64,000 bases of DNA from Ferruginibacter sp. (GTDB lineage Bacteria; Bacteroidota; Bacteroidia; Chitinophagales; Chitinophagaceae), in the NCBI GenBank assembly GCA_031411955.1, contig JANOCC010000038.1:21370-85369 (forward strand), written 5' to 3'. Of this stretch, positions 58,496-64,000 are shown piece by piece; position 1 is the stretch's first letter; every line of letters starts with the position of its first letter. The notes beneath the pieces are model-generated. The model saw only the letters and a list, made by a program, of their open reading frames with translations, was not told the DNA's origin and ran no database searches. The translations under genes were made by a program, and so were the position numbers.

Positions 58496-59956
58496 ATGAC
58501 CCGAATATTTGTTATCAGCCTTTTGTTTGTTTCTTTCACCAATTTATTAAATGCTCAAAAACTGCAGCCTGGCTTTCAAAAAGAAGAATTTATAGAGTTG
58601 CTGAAAATAGGCGCCAGAACATCCAAAGACAGTAGCTACTATAATAAATTACCGGCTCCGCAACATGCTACCCTTGTTTATCAATCTCCACTGGTGGGAT
58701 TTGATAATTTCTGGGAACTCTGGATGAGAAACGATTCCGTGGGTATTATCAGTGTACGTGGCACCACCAAAACGATGGTAAGTTTTCTTGCTAATATGTA
58801 TGCGGCGATGGTTCCTGCTAGTGGTAGTATTGAACTGGAAAAAGATTTTACATTCAATTATAATCTATCAGCCAATCCAAAAGCGGCGGTGCATGTAGGT
58901 TTCCTGATATCTGCAGCCTATTTATCAAGAAATATTTTACCTCAAATTGATTCCTGTTATAAAACAGGTAAACGTGAGTTTATTATTACCGGTCATAGCC
59001 AGGGAGGTGCTATTACTTACACGCTCACATCCTACCTGGAACAACTGAAAAGAGAAGGTAGGTTACCAATGGATATCAGGTTTAAAACCTGTGCTGCTGC
59101 TGCGCCAAAACCAGGCAACTTATTTTATGCTTACGAATTTGAAGCACTTACAAAAAATGGCTGGTCGTATAATGTTGTTAATACAATAGATTGGGTTCCT
59201 GAAGTACCCTTCTCTATCCAAACCCTTGATGATCTTAATAAAATAAACCCTTTCGCAAATGCAAGATCGATGATAAAGAAATTAAAATTTCCTCTTAACA
59301 TCGTATTGGGCCATGCTTATAACAAATTAAGCAAACCTGCAAAAAAAGCACAACGGAACCATGAAAAATGGCTGGGTAAAAGAGTGGAAAAACTGGTTGT
59401 TAAAAATCTGAAATCATTTACTCCCCCTGCATATTACAGCAGCAATAACTATGTTAGAACCGGCATAACAATTTTACTGGAGCCTGATTCGGGCTACTAT
59501 ATTAAATTTCCTGAAAATAAAGATAGTATCTGGCGCAATCATACACAGGTGCCTTACCTTTTTTTGACTGATAAATTGCCAGCTAACAATAACGAACAAA
59601 CGCAAATGGAATTAACTCCTTTATTAGAGGGGAACTGGCAATTAGATTATATTGCAGGTCTGCCTCTTTCGGTAGACAGCCTCTTTTTAAATAATAAACC
59701 TCAATTAAATATAAATACAGCTACTAAACAACTTAGTGGGAATACCGGCTGCAATCGATTTAGCGGTGCATTGGAGGTTATTGGCAGCAAGATCAACTTT
59801 AATAATCCGCTCGCAATTACAAGGATGGCTTGCCCCGGGAATGGAGAATCCATTTTTTTAGAAACACTGAAAACCATAACATCATTTTCAGCGAGTTACG
59901 GTAGCCTTACTCTAATAGCCGATGATATCGCGGTAATGCACTTTAAAAGGATGTAG
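58496..59956 (+). CDS. Secreted class 3 lipase / alpha-beta hydrolase fused to a C-terminal META (HslJ-like) domain
   Basis: A signal peptide, the nucleophile elbow ITGHSQGGAI, and the C-terminal segment LEGNWQLDYI...GNTGCNRFSG...MACPG typical of META/DUF306. Confidence 0.7.
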   Translation: MTRIFVISLLFVSFTNLLNAQKLQPGFQKEEFIELLKIGARTSKDSSYYNKLPAPQHATLVYQSPLVGFDNFWELWMRNDSVGIISVRGTTKTMVSFLANMYAAMVPASGSIELEKDFTFNYNLSANPKAAVHVGFLISAAYLSRNILPQIDSCYKTGKREFIITGHSQGGAITYTLTSYLEQLKREGRLPMDIRFKTCAAAAPKPGNLFYAYEFEALTKNGWSYNVVNTIDWVPEVPFSIQTLDDLNKINPFANARSMIKKLKFPLNIVLGHAYNKLSKPAKKAQRNHEKWLGKRVEKLVVKNLKSFTPPAYYSSNNYVRTGITILLEPDSGYYIKFPENKDSIWRNHTQVPYLFLTDKLPANNNEQTQMELTPLLEGNWQLDYIAGLPLSVDSLFLNNKPQLNINTATKQLSGNTGCNRFSGALEVIGSKINFNNPLAITRMACPGNGESIFLETLKTITSFSASYGSLTLIADDIAVMHFKRM

Positions 59957-59970
59957 TATTCCTTATAACG

Positions 59971-60008
59971 AAAAAAAAGCATCCAAAAAATGAATGCTTT
60001 CTTTTATT
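59971..60008. terminator. Bidirectional rho-independent terminator between the convergent lipase-META gene and secA
   Basis: The aaagcat / atgcttt 7-bp stem is flanked by an A-run on the left and a T-run on the right. Confidence 0.6.
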
Positions 60009-60021
60009 CGTTGTAACGATC

Positions 60022-63000
60022 TTATGAATCTTTGCCGTGGCATTGCTTAAATTTCTTCCCGCTTCCGCAAGGGCAGGGGTCGTTTCTTCCGATCTTTGGC
60101 TCTACCCTAACCGGTGCTTGTTTTACTGGTGCTGAAGGATCAAAATAGTCATTTTCATTGGCTGCATAATCAGATCCGGCTGCATCAATTTCAGTCTTGT
60201 TTACGTTCATCTTGCTCATGTCGGTCTTTTGTTCCCTTCCTTCCTTTATCTGTCCGGCATTTGTTTGCTCCATTGGAATACCGGCATGGCTCAAAAAGCT
60301 AACGATATCTTTATTTACCTGGTCGTTCATTTGTTTGAATGCATTGTATGCTTCAATTTTATAGATAACCAGGGGATCTTTTTGTTCGTAACCTGCAGTT
60401 TGAACGCTATGGCGCAAGTCATCCATCGAACGAAGGTGTTCTTTCCACGCATCATCTATCAGTGCCAGTGTAATACTACGCTCCAGGGAATTGCCCAGTT
60501 CTTTTCCACCGGTTTCAAAATACTTATCAAGATTGGCTAATGCCTGGATAGCTTTTTTCCCATCTGTAAATGGAACAGCTACATTTTCAATATGATTACC
60601 CTGTTCTTTACGGATATTAGTTATGATGGGCATGGTTTGTTCAACCAATGCTTTCTTTTTATTATTGAAGTGAATAATAGCTTCTGTATATAAGCGTTCA
60701 GATAATGTTTGATGAGCTGCTTTATCAAGTTCTTCCTGGCTGATGGTAGTATCGATACCAAAATTGAGAATAGCAGCCAGTTTAAATCCTTCGTAATCGC
60801 CGGCTTCTTTAAACGAAGCAATCAAACCTTCTGAAACAGAATAAAAAGCATTATCGAGATCCAGTGCAAGCCTTTCTCCAAACAAAGCATGGTTACGTTT
60901 GCCGTAAACAACATTCCTTTGTTTATTCATAACATCATCATATTCCAGCAGGCGTTTGCGTATGCCGAAGTTATTTTCTTCTACTTTTTTCTGGGCTCTT
61001 TCAATACTTTTTGTGATCATGCTATGCTGTATCACTTCTCCTTCCTTGTATCCCATTCTATCCATCAGGCTGGCAATACGTTCGCTACCAAACATGCGCA
61101 TCAGGTCATCTTCCAAAGACACAAAGAAATTAGAAGTTCCCGGATCACCTTGCCTGCCGGCACGTCCACGAAGCTGCCTGTCTACACGACGGCTTTCATG
61201 CCGCTCTGTACCAAGTATAGCCAAACCACCCGCTTCTTTTACACCAGCACCTAGTTTAATATCGGTACCACGGCCCGCCATATTGGTAGCAATGGTTACG
61301 GCACCGGCAAAACCAGCTTCCGCAACAACCTGTGCTTCCCGGGAATGCTGTTTTGCATTCAATACATTGTGTGGAATATTTTTCTGCTTCAACATTCTGC
61401 TTAGCAATTCACTCACTTCTACAGAAGTTGTACCAACCAGGCAAGGCCTTCCGGCAGCACGCAACTTTTCAATTTCATCTATTACCGCCTTGTATTTTTC
61501 TCTTTTGGTTTTATAAACCATATCCTGATCATCTTTTCGGATAGCCGGCACGTTAGTAGGAATGGTAACCACATCTAATTTATAAATACTCCAAAGTTCT
61601 GCTGCTTCTGTTTCGGCGGTACCCGTCATACCTGCGAGCTTGTGATACATCCTGAAATAATTCTGTAATGTAACGGTGGCGTAGGTTTGGGTAGAAGCTT
61701 CAATTTTTACATTCTCCTTTGCTTCCAATGCCTGGTGCAATCCATCAGAATACCTTCGTCCATCCAGGATACGGCCTGTTTGTTCATCTACAATTTTAAC
61801 TGCTTCATCCATTACAACATATTCTATATCCTTATCAAATAAGGTATATGCCTTCAATAATTGTTGAACAGTATGTATGCGCTCTGCTTTTAAAGAATAT
61901 TCATTTAACAGGTTTTCCTTCCGTTGTAATTTCTCTTCCGGCAATAGGTCTGTCTTTTCTATATCGGCCAGTTTAGTTGCAATATCCGGCAGTATAAAAA
62001 ATTCCTGATCTTCACCACTGCGTGTGATAAGAGTAATACCATTATCAGTAAGCTCTACCTGGTTGTTTTTTTCATCAATGGCAAAATAAAGCTCCTTATC
62101 CACTTCAGGCATTTGCTTCTGCTGATCGGCGAGGTAATAGTTTTCGCTCTTTTGCAATTTAACCCTCATGCCGGGTTCACTTAAAAATTTAATAAGGGCA
62201 CTGCTTTTGGGTAAGCCACGATGCGCCCGCATCAATGCCAATCCGCCATCCTTAGGATCATCATTACCTTCGGCAATCTTCTTTTTCGCCTCAATTAAGT
62301 ATTGGTTGGTTGCTTTTTTTTGCGCTTCTACCAACTTTTCAATCCTTGGCTTAAGGTCGAAAAACTGTTGCGTGTTATCACTATGGCCAATTGGACCGCT
62401 AATGATGAGAGGCGTACGGGCATCATCGATCAACACACTATCCACCTCATCCACCATGGCAAAATGATGCTTGCGCTGTACCATTTCGTCTGGTGTATGT
62501 ACCATGTTATCCCTCAGGTAATCAAAACCGAATTCATTATTGGTACCATAAGTAATGTCGGCATTATAAGCCTTACGCCTTGCATCACTGTTTGGCTCAT
62601 GTTTATCAATACAATCCACTCTTAAACCGAGCCATTCAAAAATCGGCCCGTTCCATTCACTATCCCTGCGTGCCAGGTAATCGTTCACTGTTACTATATG
62701 AACACCTTCCCCTGCCAGTGCATTCAAATAAGCCGGCAATGTACTAACCAGCGTTTTACCTTCACCGGTAGCCATTTCGGAAATACGTCCTGAGTGTAAC
62801 ACGGCACCACCAATTAACTGTACATCATAATGTACCATATTCCATTTAACCACAGTTCCGCCTGCCAGCCAGGAATTTTTATAGATCGCCTTATCCCCTT
62901 CAATGGTAATATGATCTTTCTTTATGGCAAGCTCCCTGTCCAGCTCTGTGGCCATCGTTTCGATAGTCTCATTTTCTTTAAAACGACGGCTGGTTTCTTT

Positions 63001-63348
63001 TACAACTGCAAAAGCATCCGGCTGTATCTCCAACAATATCTCTTCAATTTTTTTGTCCCGGTCTTTTTTCAACTCATCTACCTGCTTATATATATCATCA
63101 CGACCGTTGATATCTTCAACCGGCAAAATCTCAGCTTCTTTATTCTTAGTTGCGATCTGCACATCAATATCTGCCAGGTGTGCTTTAATACGGGCACGAA
63201 ACTCATGCGTTTTGTTACGCAACTGGTCGTTTGACAAAGATTGATGGGCAGCAAAAAACTCTTTGGTCTTTTCTACCTGGGGCATGATCTTCTTTACATC
63301 CTTCTCACTTTTGTTACCCCCGAATATTTTTGATAAGATTCCTAACAT
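60022..63348 (-). CDS. secA: Preprotein translocase ATPase SecA
   Basis: 1108 aa with MATGEGKTL (Walker A), VDEVDSVLIDDARTPLIISG, TNMAGRGTDI and the C-terminal zinc finger CPCGSGKKFKQCHG. Confidence 0.95.
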   Translation of the reverse strand: MLGILSKIFGGNKSEKDVKKIMPQVEKTKEFFAAHQSLSNDQLRNKTHEFRARIKAHLADIDVQIATKNKEAEILPVEDINGRDDIYKQVDELKKDRDKKIEEILLEIQPDAFAVVKETSRRFKENETIETMATELDRELAIKKDHITIEGDKAIYKNSWLAGGTVVKWNMVHYDVQLIGGAVLHSGRISEMATGEGKTLVSTLPAYLNALAGEGVHIVTVNDYLARRDSEWNGPIFEWLGLRVDCIDKHEPNSDARRKAYNADITYGTNNEFGFDYLRDNMVHTPDEMVQRKHHFAMVDEVDSVLIDDARTPLIISGPIGHSDNTQQFFDLKPRIEKLVEAQKKATNQYLIEAKKKIAEGNDDPKDGGLALMRAHRGLPKSSALIKFLSEPGMRVKLQKSENYYLADQQKQMPEVDKELYFAIDEKNNQVELTDNGITLITRSGEDQEFFILPDIATKLADIEKTDLLPEEKLQRKENLLNEYSLKAERIHTVQQLLKAYTLFDKDIEYVVMDEAVKIVDEQTGRILDGRRYSDGLHQALEAKENVKIEASTQTYATVTLQNYFRMYHKLAGMTGTAETEAAELWSIYKLDVVTIPTNVPAIRKDDQDMVYKTKREKYKAVIDEIEKLRAAGRPCLVGTTSVEVSELLSRMLKQKNIPHNVLNAKQHSREAQVVAEAGFAGAVTIATNMAGRGTDIKLGAGVKEAGGLAILGTERHESRRVDRQLRGRAGRQGDPGTSNFFVSLEDDLMRMFGSERIASLMDRMGYKEGEVIQHSMITKSIERAQKKVEENNFGIRKRLLEYDDVMNKQRNVVYGKRNHALFGERLALDLDNAFYSVSEGLIASFKEAGDYEGFKLAAILNFGIDTTISQEELDKAAHQTLSERLYTEAIIHFNNKKKALVEQTMPIITNIRKEQGNHIENVAVPFTDGKKAIQALANLDKYFETGGKELGNSLERSITLALIDDAWKEHLRSMDDLRHSVQTAGYEQKDPLVIYKIEAYNAFKQMNDQVNKDIVSFLSHAGIPMEQTNAGQIKEGREQKTDMSKMNVNKTEIDAAGSDYAANENDYFDPSAPVKQAPVRVEPKIGRNDPCPCGSGKKFKQCHGKDS

Positions 63349-63522
63349 AAAATTCCTGTTGTGGATAGCTATTATTAATTAAAAATGGAATTACTGTATT
63401 GTCAAATACAATGCTACATGCACGTATTAGCCAAATTGACAGGGCAGCAAAGGTAGCCAATTGTCAATTATCAATTATCATTTATGAATTAAACTCCCAC
63501 TTGAATTTTAACTCATTTGCCC

Positions 63523-63530
63523 TACCTTTG
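63523..63530 (+). promoter_or_regulatory. Candidate -7 box (TACCTTTG = TAnnTTTG) upstream of atpG
   Basis: It matches the Bacteroidota -7 consensus and ends 41 nt upstream of the atpG ATG. Only a weak TTG lies at the -33 position (63501-63503). Confidence 0.3.
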
Positions 63531-63571
63531 CGGCTCTAAAATTTTGAGTTCGTAATAAAATCATATATAAT

Positions 63572-64000
63572 ATGAGTGGGGCATTAAAAGAAGTAAGAAA
63601 CAGGATAAAAAGCGTACAAAGTACTCAACAGATCACCAAAGCGATGAAAATGGTAAGTGCAGCTAAACTGCGCCGTGCCCAGGATGCCATTACCCAAATG
63701 CGACCTTACGCTCAAAAATTACAGGAAATGCTGAGCAATATTGTAAGCAGCAGTGAAGGCGATGTTGCCATGGATCTTGCTGTTGAAAGGCCAATTGAAA
63801 AAGTGCTGGTGATGGTTGTAACCAGCGACAGGGGCTTGTGTGGTGGCTATAATAGTAACCTTATAAAATTAACCAAACAGATCATCCAAGACAAATACCC
63901 AACCCAATTCAGTAAGGGAAATGTACAGGTATTACCCATCGGCAAAAAAGGGTATGAGCATTTTACCAAGAACGGATTTAAAGTAGTAGATGCTTACTGG
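63572..64000 (+). CDS. atpG: F0F1 ATP synthase subunit gamma (3'-truncated by the window edge)
   Basis: I translated it myself: MSGALKEVRNRIKSVQSTQQITKAMKMVSAAKLRRAQDAI, the canonical gamma N-terminus. Confidence 0.9.
   Translation, partial: MSGALKEVRNRIKSVQSTQQITKAMKMVSAAKLRRAQDAITQMRPYAQKLQEMLSNIVSSSEGDVAMDLAVERPIEKVLVMVVTSDRGLCGGYNSNLIKLTKQIIQDKYPTQFSKGNVQVLPIGKKGYEHFTKNGFKVVDAYW

Noticed and set aside
60956-61516. 186-aa plus-strand ORF, with similar long antisense ORFs at 28465-28941, 32144-32614, 36498-36911 and 62830-63234
   Set aside because: Each is fully embedded antisense to a strongly supported gene (secA, GNAT, epimerase, ABC transporter). Their composition is low-complexity and Ser/Leu/Phe-rich, as expected from antisense reading of coding DNA.

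Overview
This is a chromosomal window from a Bacteroidota genome, probably Chitinophagaceae/Sphingobacteriia-like. The evidence is T9SS C-terminal sorting domains, a PorP/SprF gene, a long AtpB with an N-terminal extension, A/T-rich start contexts without Shine-Dalgarno sequences, and TAnnTTTG-type -7 boxes. Gene content, left to right:

- **3-7821:** two tandem paralogous giant T9SS cargo genes. The second is an M36 fungalysin-type metallopeptidase. Both carry arrays of ~92-aa Ig-like modules.
- **8.1-10.8 kb:** atpBEFH on the minus strand. atpA is not adjacent. A lone atpG start lies at 63.6 kb on the plus strand.
- **11016-11178:** a 7-copy 23/24-nt tandem repeat.
- **11.2-15.4 kb:** an ABC exporter and an uncharacterised 743-aa secreted protein.
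- **15.5-17.4 kb:** an OmpR/PhoB-type two-component pair.
- **17.5-41.1 kb:** a ~23.5 kb minus-strand polysaccharide locus. It encodes Wza, Wzc, an ABC half-transporter, a pyruvyl transferase, acetyltransferases, four GT4 enzymes, an epimerase, a Wzy-like protein, a deacetylase, a GNAT and a PglC/D/E/F-like cassette. It runs directly into a PorP/SprF gene and a PorE-like OmpA/beta-propeller gene.
- **41.9-44.6 kb:** pgk, gap and tRNA-Glu.
- **44.7-63.3 kb:** housekeeping and accessory genes. These are an aldehyde dehydrogenase, a cupin, a fatty-acid hydroxylase, a DUF1624 protein, a kinase-receiver-receiver/class III cyclase trio, a PGM1-like ATP-grasp ligase, a beta-CASP nuclease, an M20 amidohydrolase, a SPOR protein, deoC, a lipase-META fusion and secA.

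I found no transposase, integrase, CRISPR array, reverse transcriptase, restriction system or toxin-antitoxin module, and no clear novel defence system. The most unusual items are:

- the physical coupling of the glycan locus to T9SS-component paralogs;
- the locus having an ABC half-transporter but no MOP-type flippase;
- a GT4 gene whose conserved N-terminus has no canonical start codon;
- a ~107-bp nested palindrome inside the locus;
- the 23/24-nt tandem repeat;
- the strictly alternating A/B super-repeat in the two cargo genes.

All family assignments come from reading the translated ORFs for motifs. No database search was run.
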